Translations under genes and position numbers: made by a program
In this document: positions 1-19,893 of the stretch, one piece after another
How the letters are laid out: the number at the start of each line of letters is the position of its first letter
Numbering within the stretch: the first letter of the stretch is position 1
The notes under the pieces: model-generated
The model's database searches: none
The model's input: the letters and a program-made list of their open reading frames with translations, nothing else
Told to the model about the DNA's origin: nothing
Source of the DNA: the human T2T-CHM13v2.0 reference genome, Homo sapiens
Assembly: GCF_009914755.1 (NCBI RefSeq)
Contig: NC_060942.1
Length of the DNA: 64,000 nucleotides
Reading direction: 5' to 3' (one strand)

Positions 1-828
<828 letters not shown>

Positions 829-1010
829 CTACCTGAGATATTAATTACTCCCACACCATCACCAACACCCCTACTTCCAAAAGGTAATTATGAACTTCTG
901 TAAACATTTTTCAGTTGAACTGGTTAAGTCTATAGCAGTCTATCAACTGTGTTGAACTACAGTGTCTAACAGAATCAGTTGAGTCCTGAAACTGTTCTGT
1001 GCTGTCTTAC

Positions 1011-1090
1011 CTGAGCTAGGCAATGAGGAGCCCAGCGTGGCTAGCTTCTTGCTCTGTGCTCATCCTCATGAAGGGTGAATATGAATCAAT
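1011..1090 (-). other. MRO: Probable distal non-coding first exon of MRO; 5' end approximate
   Basis: Plus-strand tcttac|ctg reads CAG|GTAAGA on the minus strand, a consensus donor, in unique sequence. MRO is recalled as the divergent neighbour roughly 54 kb upstream of ME2. Confidence 0.5.
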
Positions 1091-2172
1091 CTAGAAACAT
1101 CTCTGTCCTTTAAACAAGCTTGCAGTGAACAATAAGCCACATTTTGTCCTTAAGGATGAAACATAGGCCAGATTAGAGTTTTATCACAAGAGAGAAATAC
1201 GTAATAAGGCCTCTGCTATCTGCCCCTGATAATTGCTAGTGATACATTCTAAATGATGCAGTTTTGCAAACTTCTAAGATTCTCACATTACATTTCCTAT
1301 TTGTGCGAGGGCCCAGTGAGAAAGCTACACATGTTTTATTGTGGAAGAGAACAAAATCAGTAAACGGCACCACGAGACATCAAACCAATCCTGCAGACAA
1401 CACTGCCTATGATTTCTGCTCTTAACACCTCAAAGTGTTCTTAGGCTATTTGTCATTTTCTCCTCTCAACCTTGGAAAGGTCATTCTTGTGCTTCTTTGA
1501 CATATAGGGAAATTTGGGGGAGTGGAGAAGAGTGAGTGGGGAACTTCCCCAAAGTCCCAAAGCTAGTTGATGGGATTGGGATCTAAATGTTTGGCTTCCT
1601 CTTGTGCTTTGTCCAGCCAGTCATTCTATGGATTCTGCCTTTCACCTCTAAAGGCAGAGTTCTTATTCCCATGGCCTTCCTTCCTCCCACTTTTTAAAAA
1701 TCTTTTCTCAACTTGTTTTCTTCTCTGCCCCCTCCCCCACCCCCACCTGCCTTGTTTCTATTTTAAGTTTGTTTTGAGCATTGCTTAACATATTCCTTCC
1801 TCTCATAGTCTTAACATTCCACGGCTTGTCCCTCAATTTTATACTTAGAGTAGAATCCAGTCGAATCCCACAAAGCGACAAACCTGTAGGCGTTTTATGA
1901 CAATGAGTGTAATGTCAGGCACAATGTGACCAATAAAACAATAAACCCATGCCCAAAAGTGCTTTACCAGGCCTGCTGCCGTGATAAAGATCCAGTCCAT
2001 TATTGGAACTGTTGACTCTTCCTTGAGAGATTGGAGAAGACTCTAAGAGTAGAACCTTTTTTTTATATACCCCACAATAGATACATTACAACAGTCTGTC
2101 TTTGATCCCATAATACCAGCTTCCCACCACAACTCCATCACAGCATTACTGCACCTTTCCCATTATTGTTCA

Positions 2173-2562
<390 letters not shown>

Positions 2563-2819
2563 TCAGGTGCCCTGCAACTAGAGCAGATTATTTTGTCTCC
2601 TGCCGGCATCCAATCCTTCAAGGGATTGTGCATTAGATCATCCCTAGAAAGGAAAGGAAAACAGGTAACATGCAAATTACCTGATTTTCTCATTGAGAAT
2701 TTTTGGGGAGGTAGCTTTTGGCTATTCCTATTCTCATTCTTTCTTACAACCTCAGGTAAATAAAAGTTGACCATGACTTAAAACAACACAGTATGTTTTA
2801 GATCTTAGAAATCAAGCCC

Positions 2820-4172
<1,353 letters not shown>

Positions 4173-4676
4173 TGATATAGCAATGGGGCCAAGGAAGGGA
4201 GGGAGGCAGGAGGCAGGTGGTGAAGGCTGGGTGCTGACCCAGGAGACACACCCTCTATGCACCGCTGTTCTCTAGGGGCATTTCTACCTCACAATTCTTG
4301 CTTCTGAAAACAAACAGATGCTACATTCATGTATCTATTGGACAGTGAATATATTTAATCATAGAAAAAGAATATCATTAAGCTCACTTTCTTTTATTAA
4401 TTCGGTCCTAGTGGAGGATAAATACAGTGCAAGCAGAGCTGCCCATCACCTAAAAACCCAGGAGCTGTTAGAAACCTACTGTCCTTCCTTGATTCTACCA
4501 TACTAAATGGGTGTAGAAGAATGACATTTGCTGCCTTTCTCATTTTGATTTCAGTCCCCAGATAAAGAAGAATTCTAGCTTTCTGTTTGTTTCTGAAATG
4601 TAAACCACCATTATGATAAAATAAAGCTGAATTCATTATAATAAATTTTATGCTAAGAATATATTCTCTCAAATGA

Positions 4677-5066
<390 letters not shown>

Positions 5067-5635
5067 TAATGTAAGTAAGTAACATAGCAACCTCAAACCT
5101 AAGAAAAGAGTGACATTTATATGTTTATTTTTAAGATGACGTATTTGTATTAAATGACTTTTAAAAAATTCCCTTCAGTAAAGATTGTCAGAGGAGAGCA
5201 TTTTAACTGTTACAGATTTTACAAAACATTTTTCTGCTTTGCAGTTTTGCCTTTTGAATCATGTATTTTTCCCAATGTCAAGGCATCAGACCTTGAGTTT
5301 GATTACAACTTATACACATTTTGATCCAAAGTTATACACATTCCATTCTTCTACCCCTTGGAAAATGGGTTTTAAATACTGAACTCATTCCAGGCCAAGG
5401 TCTTCTCTTGACACATTAACACAACAAATACTCTTTTATTGCTGAATTTCTATTTGGAGACTGATTATTTAAAACTCCACTATTCATTTGCTTACCAGAT
5501 TTGCCTTGGTTACCCTGTGTCATTAAACAAATATTTATTCATTTAATAAACATTTTTGAGAATCTTCTAGGTCCCAGTCTCTCTGTCCAGCACTAGAGCA
5601 CAGGGAATAGACAGATAAATGTAAAATTGAAAAAC

Positions 5636-6230
5636 GCTGGGCACGGTGGCTCAAGCCTGTAATCCCATCACTTTGGGAGGCTGAGGCAGGTGGATCACCT
5701 GAGGTAGGGAGTTCGAGACCAGCGTGGCCAACGTGGGGAAACCCTATCTCTACTAAAAATAGAAAAATTATCCAAGTGTGGTGGCACGTGCCCTTAATCC
5801 CAGCTACTCGGGAGGCTGAAGCAGGAGAATCACTTGAAAGGCAGAGGTTGCAGTGAACCGAGATCCCACCACTGCACCCCAGCCTGGACAACAAAGGGAG
5901 ACTCTGTCTCAAAAACAAAACAAAACAAAACAAAATCTGGGTATGGTGGCTCACACCTGTAATCCCAGCACTTTGGGAGGCCGAGGCGGGCAGATCACGA
6001 GGTCAGGAGATGAAGACCATCCTGGCTAACACGGTGAAACCCCATCTCTACTAAAAGTACAAAAAAATTAGCTGGGCGTGGTGGCGGGCGCCTGTAGTCC
6101 CAGCTACTCGGGAGGCTGAGACAGGAGAATGGCATGAACCCAGTGGGGCAGAACCTTCAGTGAGCCAAGATCACGCCACTGCACTCCAGCCTGGGCGCGG
6201 AGCGAGACTCTGCCTCAAAAAAAAAAAAAT
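5636..6230 (+). mobile_element. Two tandem Alus (S-type, then Y-like)
   Basis: Second copy has atcctggctaacacggtg and ggcgggcgcc diagnostics; aaaattgaaaaa flanks the pair. Confidence 0.95.
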
Positions 6231-6372
6231 TGAAAAAACGATATGATTCCTGCCCTTAAAGAAGTTGCAAGCTGGGCTCTTCTGTCCAGTGTTTATCAAG
6301 ATGTTTGTTCTATAGAATCGGGGGCAGGACTAAGGCGAGACCAGAAAGACACATGTCCTAGGAGAATTTTAG

Positions 6373-6853
<481 letters not shown>

Positions 6854-8762
6854 TCTTGTCTATTTTCATGTCTAGGACTATGCAACCCTCTCTATTGCTC
6901 CCCCACCTCACCCCAATTAAGCATTTTTTCCAGGCCTTGTTTAAACCCCACAAGGAAAATCCTCCCTAGATCTTACAGCCTGACCAATCTCTCTCCATGC
7001 CCTCTGCAATTCTGAGAAGGCCTGTAGCACTAACCAATTTATATTCAAATTATCACATGGGAATCTCCTGCCCCTGGTCTGTGAGCCTGTGGAAAGCAAG
7101 GCCTGTGTTTCAGCTTTCGGAGGACCTGACTCCAAACCCATGGCCCCCAGCACAGTACTTGGCACATGATGGGCTTTTAGCAAATTATTCTTTCATTTAT
7201 CTGAGTCTTTAAAATCCTTATCACATTTTTAGTGTTTCTTTTCACTTTCACGGAAGCAAACAATTGTTTGAGGCATTCGTAACACTTGAATGTGATTCTA
7301 CAGAAGCAAGACAGGAATTATAATGAGTTAGCTTGTTAGAAGATGCATTTCTTATTTCCCAGCAACTAATTAAATGTAATAGTAGCTTAAGTAAATAGAC
7401 ATTTTGTTTAGTACTACTGTAATTTGTGTGTGGTAGGGTGTTAACTTGTTTATGACAATAGACTTTCTCTGTTGTGCACAAGATGGTCACTCATTGGGTG
7501 AAGGTCTCCACAGCAACTTCTTGGGGTAACACCACTATTCAATGAGTTATAATTAATAAAGAATTATGGTGGTGACACTCTTCCAGTTGGGCAGCTCCTA
7601 ATGATAGCATGATCTCTTTACTGATGATAAGAATGTGGCCTTACCCATCACTAAGGCACACCACATCATCAATGTAGGAAATTATTTACAACTCCCCTCC
7701 CAAACATGTACCCCAAAGGTCATCTAAGAGTACAGTTAGGATACTTCTTGAGATGATGTGCTGAAAGAGTTAGTGGCCTGGGAGCCTTTGCAGAATTGCA
7801 CTAATGGTCATGAAAGGGACTGATCTACCATAATTATTTTAGTGGCCCCCCTACCCTGGGCATTTGTGATGTTGATGGGCAATTAATTTAATAGCCAAAG
7901 CTTGGCTATGACCAGTCATTGGCAGTAGGGAGTAACCCTTCCCCCTTCCCTTTGCTGTTTCCTTGCAAGGACCTGCTACACGAGATGTTTGTCTTCATGG
8001 TGTGACTTGACAATGCAGCTTAGAGCTATAGCAATTTTGCTAAAATATTTTAGACAAGTAAACTCCAAATACTGAATGGAAAGCCGTTGTCTTTCTGGAA
8101 AGCTCTTAGCTAGAGTCCTTCATGATGTTTTTCCTCCCTCCTCTCCCCACATCCAGCCATCATTCCTCTTCCGCCTAAAATATCTAGCAATTACAAACAA
8201 AATGAGCTTCAGTTGCTAAAGTGGGAAGCAGGGGATTTCTAGTCCTTGGTGACTTTACTGCTGCAATCAAAATAGGCATTATCAACCAGAAAGCTTCCAA
8301 CGCTGGAAGCTCCAGGGCACACCCAGGAGATGTGCTGTGGAGTGAGGCTAGGTTGTGGGCAGGGGGTAAATAAAGACAACACACACTGTTTAATCAATAA
8401 GCTTCTGGAAAGGTGACATAAAGACGGAAACTGTAAAATCAATGAGATTTTAAAGTTAGGTAATAAGAGTTGGTTGTTTTACAGGAAATACAAATGAAAA
8501 ATCATTTTCTATTTTTTTCTGCTTTCAAGTTTTGAATTTAGGGCTTTCTAAAAGTAGCCAGCCAGTTCTTTGAGGCTGGGGTTCCACAACCTGCAGATCT
8601 GAACAAAAGAGAAAGTAATGAAGGGGAACCTATACCGATGTTACTCAGCATCATGTGCTTTGGGGCCACATTATTCATTTGAACTGGTAATGGCGGAAGG
8701 AAGAACCACCTGCCCTCTGTCTTCCAAGTTATCTTTAATATCAATTAGCAACAAGATTTGCA

Positions 8763-9065
<303 letters not shown>

Positions 9066-9139
9066 TCATGGCTTCAACCTCGAGCATATGTTTCTTGGTA
9101 ATCCTGTCACTTCATTGGTTTGGGTTCAATAAACAATTT

Positions 9140-9195
9140 TATATATAGATACACATACACATATATATATGTATAAATATATGTATATGTAAATA

Positions 9196-9244
<49 letters not shown>

Positions 9245-9245
9245 T
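9140..9245. repeat. Compound (TA)n/(TG)n/(CA)n microsatellite
   Basis: Seen directly. Confidence 0.95.
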
Positions 9246-9537
9246 TTTTTTTTGAGGTGGAGTCTTGCTTTGTCACCCAGGCTGGAGTGCAGTGGTGAGA
9301 TCTCGGCTCACCGCAAGCTCTGCCTTTTGGGTTCTAGCAGTTCTCCTGCCTCAGACTCCTGAGTAGCTGGGATTACAGGCATGTGCCAACGCACCTGGTC
9401 AGTTTTTGTATTTTTAGCAGAGACGGGGTTTTGCCATGTTGGCCAGGCTAGTCTCAAATTCCTGAGCTCAACTGATCCACCCGCCTCGGACCCACAAAGT
9501 GGCTGGGATTACAGGCATGAGCCACCACACCCGGCCT
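9246..9537 (-). mobile_element. Alu
   Basis: Antisense consensus. Confidence 0.95.
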
Positions 9538-10534
9538 TTAGAATATTTTCTGAATGCACATCTTGGGCACAATATGGCCAAGGAGATCAAATAGATGAAA
9601 AATAAAAGAAGTTTATAAATTAATTAAGGAATCAAAACAAATTGCCCTGATTTTATTCTCTGTGCACTTCACATCATTTCACATCTTGCGGATCTTCCTA
9701 GAATCCTCAAGAACTTTTTAAGTTCAGGCTCCTCATACAGATCCTCAAAGCTTTCCAAGCTCTGCCCCACTTTATTTTTCTAGCCTTATTTCTCCTAGCC
9801 CTGTCATCTGCACACGTTCCACTCCCCAGCCCCCAAGGCAGGGTCTCCCTCTCTCTCCAATACCATCTGCTTAGCTCAACCTGCCTGTTATTGTTCATAA
9901 ACCATCACCACAACGGTACAGGTCAGGACGGCTTTATGTAAGCAATGGTTTTGGAAAATGAAAGACAATTTCAAAGATCTCCTGTCGTGGTCTGAGCCAA
10001 TTAGCTTCCATCTCTTCACTTTAGATATGCTCATCCTCATCCAAATAACAATCTTTTATATGTAGTAAAAGTTAATTGACTCTCATAATTTTGAATATAT
10101 GGTAATTCAGACAAGGATTAATTTGAAGTTTGACTTTTGCAACTGACAAATGGCAGTAATTGGTATACAAACAAACTTGATGTGGGAAAGGTTTAAATAT
10201 CTTAAAAGATCTAAATTTTTAGCACCTTCAAGTATTTGAGGAATATCCTTTCTGGTATACCAATAGAAACAAAGCTTTTCTATTTACCACAGTAAAATCC
10301 ATGTAGATCATAGAAACAAAGCTTATCTGTTTATGAAAGTAAGATTCACATAAGTAATCTACAAAGATTTTATTAACTTAATTGAGATACTGTCAATACT
10401 TCAAAGTAATCAAAATGCTATTCCTTTACATATTAAATAATTTAACTTTTTCGTCAGGTTGCTCTCAATTTAGTGCAAGTGAAAAAGACATTGAGAAAGA
10501 AAAGAATATATATAAATACTTCTTATTTAAGTAA

Positions 10535-11282
<748 letters not shown>

Positions 11283-11314
11283 TTATTCATTTGAAAGTCA
11301 TTAAAATTCTCTAG

Positions 11315-11490
11315 ACCCAATTTCTGGCTCTAAGATTTACTGTGTGACTTTGAGCAAGTTATAGTAACATGTCTAAGGCTCAGTGATCTTATCTGTGAGA
11401 TGGGGAAAAGCTCTTGTGAGATTTGTGAAAACTGAGTGTGAAGATATCTGGTACTGAGCCCAGCCAGTGGTAGGCACTAAATGAACATCA
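11315..11490 (+). mobile_element. MIR
   Basis: MIR core-like ctgtgtgactttgagcaagtt...tctgtgagatgggg. Confidence 0.65.
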
Positions 11491-11675
11491 GTTTCTTTTT
11501 CCTTACCTACTTTTTCAGTGATTCTCAAAGGAAGTTCTGCGCATATGTTTAGATTGATCTTTTAGTACTCCATTTTTAATTGAATGAAAAATAATGAATT
11601 AATTACTTTTTTAAAACCAAAATCCCCATATTGGTATTTTATTTAGATAAATCCAATTGTTTTCCATCCTAGTAA

Positions 11676-12570
<895 letters not shown>

Positions 12571-12815
12571 TCTGTCATCTGAAAAATTCAAAGCATTCTT
12601 GGTCCTGGGTCTGCTACCCTCAGCTTTCATCAGGTACAGATATCTCAGATACACTTCCACAATTGAGATTAAACTTATATAAATCTCCAATTTTTTGGTA
12701 TGTTTGCTTTATCAACCAAAAAAAAAAAAAAAACTCCTCTCTGTAGAAGCAGGAAGCTGGATTAGGTGATTTATTGAGATTTCTCACAGGTTGAAGACCT
12801 ATGATGCAAAATTCA

Positions 12816-12989
<174 letters not shown>

Positions 12990-13514
12990 TTATGTAAGTG
13001 TAAAATCACAATTACTATGCCTTTATCTGAACCTTATTCAACTTATGATGTGTTAGAATCCCAAGTTCTATTTCAGAAAGCTCTCTTTCTCTTTTTTGCA
13101 GCTCAATTTTCCTTCATAAGTAAACTAATCTGTACTTTTCATTATTAATACCGTTCCAACCAATTTGAACCAATTATCATTCAATTATTCTACAAACATT
13201 CACAAAGCACTTACTTTGTGTCTAGCACTGGGAATATAAAGATGCAGAAGAAACAATTTCTTATCTGCAAGTTTATAAACTAGGAGGGAGAAAAATTTGT
13301 GAGCCGGTAATGTATAAGCAATAGGATGTCACAGGTGTAATCATTTTTAAAATATATATAAAGGTGAAGGGAGAAAAAACAAGGCAGGAGTGGTCAGTCC
13401 TTGATGGGTGGAGTCAGAATTCTAAAAATCTGATTTAACATCAGAGACTTTCTCCAGAACTAGCATCTTCTGGATTGCTCCAACAGTGTCAGCTCTAAGT
13501 ATAAAAAGGATCTG

Positions 13515-13876
<362 letters not shown>

Positions 13877-14202
13877 TCAGATGTGTTTTCTCTTGGTTAA
13901 CAATCACATGTGTTCTAAACTCTTTAAGGATTCGTAAATCATGGGGGTAGCATTTCTTTGTTTTCAGTGATGACACAGACATTCATCATCACCTACCGTG
14001 CTGATCTCAAGTTTGTGGGAAGATAGCCAAAAGAAAAAATATTGATTCCCTACTTTCCTTTGGGCTCAATGAGACGTCACTCTTTTTTTTTCCTTCTTGG
14101 TCACTTAGCTCCACTGACAGACACATTTGTACATGATACTGGGAAGTGAGTGAGCATCTACCACAATCACCAAGCTTCTGTATTCATTTCCTCAACTTTT
14201 AG

Positions 14203-14617
<415 letters not shown>

Positions 14618-15129
14618 TTAATCAGCTTAAAAAAAAAAATAGAAAAAAGAATAGAACAGGAAAATATCAGAACGCATTTCACCTAGTAAGGTAAAAGTTA
14701 GCTCATGAAATTTTTGTTGCAGTGTGCATGTATGTGTGTATTGAGTCACAACATAAAAGATATTTCTTACTGTGTCACTGTCAAAAAATTAAACCACAAA
14801 ATCAGACACTAATTCCCATGAAGGCACTTATTAGCCATCTAGCAAATATTTGTTGAATTAAACTGATTTGCATGTGTGCTTATATATCTACTCAACAAAT
14901 ACTTACAAAGACTGTGTACACAACATTGATCATTACAATCCTTCATTTAAATTTTGTGAAAATGTAGGACACCAACAGGCTGTCAGTTAGTCAGACTCAG
15001 TAAATGTTTTCTAGGAACAAATCATCCCATTTACCAGGACTGTTTCATAATTTTTAATCCAGCTTAACCCCCGCCTGCAGTATTAAATAGATTTTGAGAT
15101 ATCTAAACAGGTATCCAGGAAAAAGAAAG

Positions 15130-16690
15130 CTATAAAAGCATCAGGTGCAATGGATTATCAGCAAACAAAGCCTTCTGATCCTTATTAGTCTCAGGAACAC
15201 AAGTCATGTCCTAGTTCAAACTCCTCTCATAATCAGGGCAGGCTGGCACAGTGTCCTGTGTCCCAGCATGGATGATGTCACAGGTCCTGGCCCCCTGTGT
15301 TCCTTTTTCAGGCCTTGGGTACTGAGCACTTACCTGTTCTGACTACAGTGAGCCCCCTCCCAAGCCAGCAGGGCTGCCACTGGAGGTTTTGCCTTCCCTG
15401 GAGGCCACACTCTCACCACCCCTCGGTGGGCACAGCTCCTCACTGTCCAAAGTCATCACAGTTCTCAGTGCCCAAGATGTGCCCTGAGGGTCTCACACCA
15501 TGCCCAGAAGACTACCACTTGCCAGATCCAGGCCAAGCCCACAGACGCTGCACCAAATGCTCTTTCGTCTCTTTTGTCTGCATGAAATAGAGCCTCCTAT
15601 GGATTCCAGAGTTCTCTACCTGCCTTGGGCAGGGGACCACGTTCGGTCAGGGGCATCAGGTGAAGAATGCACCAATGCCTAACACTCGCCTCTGACCTGC
15701 TCACAGCCTGGTACTGTGATGCTCCACAGATACATCAGAGGTGGGGCAAGTTTCTTCTCCACTCACCCTCCCTACACCAAAACAGAGGATACACGTGTTC
15801 CCATCAACAGTGAACTGGGGCTCTGCGATGTTCATGACCTCTGCCACAGTGTTCAAGTGTTTTCTGAAGCAGGGGCTTATCACGTCCCTGTGCCTGCCTC
15901 CTGAAAGTCAGACATTGTCCTGTAATCTAAGCTCCATAGCCTCTGGGCTACGCTTGTGGAAGTCCAGCCTGGGTCAGTTAGATAAAGGGTGAGCACTTAC
16001 TTCCACAGGAAGCAAACAACATCCTGAAAGTCATCTTTTCCTCTGTCCTAGACTGGATCTACCTGACACTGAAGTTTAGTGGATCTGTGGGTGTTTCTCT
16101 CTCTTGCTCTCAACCAAAGCCTTTGCCATGGGCTTGTTCCCCTTCCTTCTGTCTGCCTAAAATTCCCCAGGACCTGGAGCCCCAGGGACCAGAGCTACAG
16201 GACAGGCTGTCTCTGTTGCCTGCCCCTTGTGTGAGCTCATTCCTATTGCAGATTCAGGAAAAGAGCACCACAGTCAGTGGGCAGCAAAGGCTAAGGAAGC
16301 ACAACTGGATCTTTCTTCCCCCCCTTCCAAACCCTCCCTAGTGGTTTAGCATTATGGATGCTGTTTGGTTTGTTTACAGAGTCCAGCCCTTCAAGGGGCC
16401 ACCAGATTCCTGTGGGGAGTGTTAGAGAGGGGAGGGCATGAGTAGCTTCAGTGGGATGGGACACAAGAGCTGCTACCCAGGCAGAATCTGCAAAGGGCTC
16501 CATTTTGGTACCCTTGGTCCCAAATCCAAACAGCCCACCCACCAGTGTCCATCTCTCAGAACGATCTAGAGTTCCAGAGCCCAGTCACTGAAACTCAAGG
16601 AGATCCAGAGACAGAAGAGAAGTTCTTGGTCACCTCTTGTGATGTGGAATATCAGTTACTTTCCAGGATTTTCTTCTAATTAAAAAAATC
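15130..16690 (+). pseudogene. Highly decayed processed pseudogene of the HUWE1 C-terminus (HECT domain), possibly with a 3' UTR remnant
   Basis: Colinear, intronless peptide remnants versus recalled HUWE1: EPPPKPA at 15350 (EPPPLSPA); NRASY at 15586-15600 (DRVTY); SELGLCDVHDL at 15809-15841 (QEFGVCEVRDL); in-frame continuation to EVQP (EIIP); DRL..LPA and FLLQIQEKS at 16240-16266 (LLLAIQECS). Many stops, frameshifts and deletions. Confidence 0.7.
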
Positions 16691-16754
16691 CAGCAAGCAG
16701 CAATGAGTTTTGAGGCTGCCAGTTGTCTGGTTTGGGGTACTGCAGCAAAATGAT

Positions 16755-17281
<527 letters not shown>

Positions 17282-17469
17282 TATTGTTACTATTATTATT
17301 GGCAATTATGAGAATTAGTGAAAAGAGCAGAATAAGGTAATTAAGACTAAGACAAACCATATAGTATCTACAAAGCTACATCCTTACTTCAAAGTAAAAA
17401 TGAAATTGATTCTATTTCAGTGTATTCTACTTGTTTGCTTGTCCACTTGACAATGCATTGGACACACAG

Positions 17470-18103
<634 letters not shown>

Positions 18104-18276
18104 TAGTACAGCCCTTGGACACAGCATATGTTCAGTAAAAGCTTGCTAGCTTATTAAGTAAAAAAAAAACTGAAAATGGCAGAAAAAATAGATTTCGTAG
18201 GAAAAATAAAATTCCTTTATTACATATATTCTAGGGAAGAGTGTTAGCAGATATATCATAGCTGTGTTCCATGTTG

Positions 18277-18313
<37 letters not shown>

Positions 18314-18618
18314 AGTACTTGTAATTTGATTTGGGTGCCATTCAAATCTTCATAATAAGTGGTGTTACATCTCATCTTACCCCATGTCCTCTAGCTCTGT
18401 ATTAGCTAATCTTGCTTTTAAACATTCCTCTGAATGGAAATCTTTTCTTACATTATCATTACACAAACAACACATGGTCACAAAAAGTCACAAGTACAGA
18501 TAAACTAAACAAAAAATAAACCTAAAACAAATTCTGCCATCAAATAATTACTGTTAACATTTTGGATGCATCCTTCTAAGTTTTCTTTTAACACAGACTT
18601 GAGATATAATTCACACAC

Positions 18619-19400
18619 TGTATTAGTTGGCTAGGTCCATATGTTAGTCAGGGTTATCCAGAGAAACAGAACCAAGAAGATGTGTATTGAGAGAGAGAGA
18701 GGAAGAAATATATATTTTAAGGAATTGACTCACACAATTTTGTATATGCAAGTTCAAAATCTGCTGACAGGCTGGAGACCCAGGGAAGAGTTGCAGTTCA
18801 AGTTCAAAGGCAGTCTGCAGAATTTCTTCTTACTCAGGGGAGGTCAGTTCTTATTTTCTTAAGGACTTCAACAGATTGGATGAGATTCAACCACATTTTG
18901 GAGGGTCATCTGCTTTACTCAAAGTCCATTGATTAAATGTTAATCTCATTTAACAAACACCTTCACAGAAACATCCAGAATAAGGTTTAACTAAATATCT
19001 AAATACTGTGGCCCAGCTAAGTTGACACATAAAATTGATTATCACAGACTCCCATAACAAAGTACTACAGACGGGGTGGTTTAAACAACAGAACTTTATT
19101 TTCCACAATTCTGGAGGCTAGATACCTGAGATCAAGGTGTTCATATGGTTGGTTTCTTCTGAAGCCTCTCTCTTTGGCTTGAGTCTTTTCCCTGTGTCTT
19201 CAAATGGTCTTCCCTCTGTCTGTTTCCTAATCTTCTTCTCTTCTTGTAAAGAAACGTATCATGTTAGATTAGGGCCTAATGACCTCATTTAACTTAATTA
19301 ATTCTTTAAAGACTCTATCTTCAAATATGGTCACATTTTGAAGTACTGGGTGTTAGGACTTCAACGTATGAATTTGGGGAACCTGTGTCAGCCCGTAACA
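18619..19400 (-). mobile_element. MaLR LTR (MLT1B/C-like) split by an MLT2 LTR
   Basis: tgtattagttggctagg resumes at ~19050 as ccataacaaagtactacagacggggtggtttaaacaacaga and ends gcccgtaaca. Confidence 0.75.
18641..19046 (-). mobile_element. MLT2 (ERVL) solo LTR
   Basis: ttagtcagggttatccagagaaacagaacc ... cagctaagttgacacataaaattgattatcaca. Confidence 0.8.
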
Positions 19401-19579
19401 CTTAAGGTACAATTCAATGTTTTTAACACTGAAGAAGGAGGATCACAGCCCTATTTATAATTGAGGAAACTGAGGCCTGGAGATTAGTCCACGGCTACAC
19501 AGCTAGAGTCCAGCAAAGGAAAACCACATGGCTTCCTTCAGGGGGGAATTTGAGATATTCAGTCACTTGCTCAGTTGTA

Positions 19580-19893
19580 CTTTTTTTTTTTTTTTTTTTT
19601 TTTGTTTTAGAGACAGGGTCTCACTCCTATCACCCAGGCTGCAGTACAGTGGTGTGATCTCAGCTCACTGCAGCCTCGACTTCTCAAGCTCTGGTGATCC
19701 TCCCACCTCAGCTTCCTCAGTAACTGGGACTACAGGCATGCACACGCACACCTGGCTAACTTTTTGTATTTTTAGTAGAGATGGGGTTTTGTCATGTTGG
19801 CCAGGCTGGTCTTGAACTCCTGGGCTGAAGTGATCTGCCCACCTCAGCCTCTCAGAGTGCTAGGATTACAGGTGTGAGCCACTGTGTTTGGCT
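19580..19893 (-). mobile_element. Alu (J-like)
   Basis: Antisense consensus. Confidence 0.95.

Noticed and set aside
7440-7930. Unique block with minus-strand FQHII...VLLDDL, vaguely like a reverse-transcriptase motif
   Set aside because: Too short and wrongly spaced; cannot be supported without a Dfam or HMM search.
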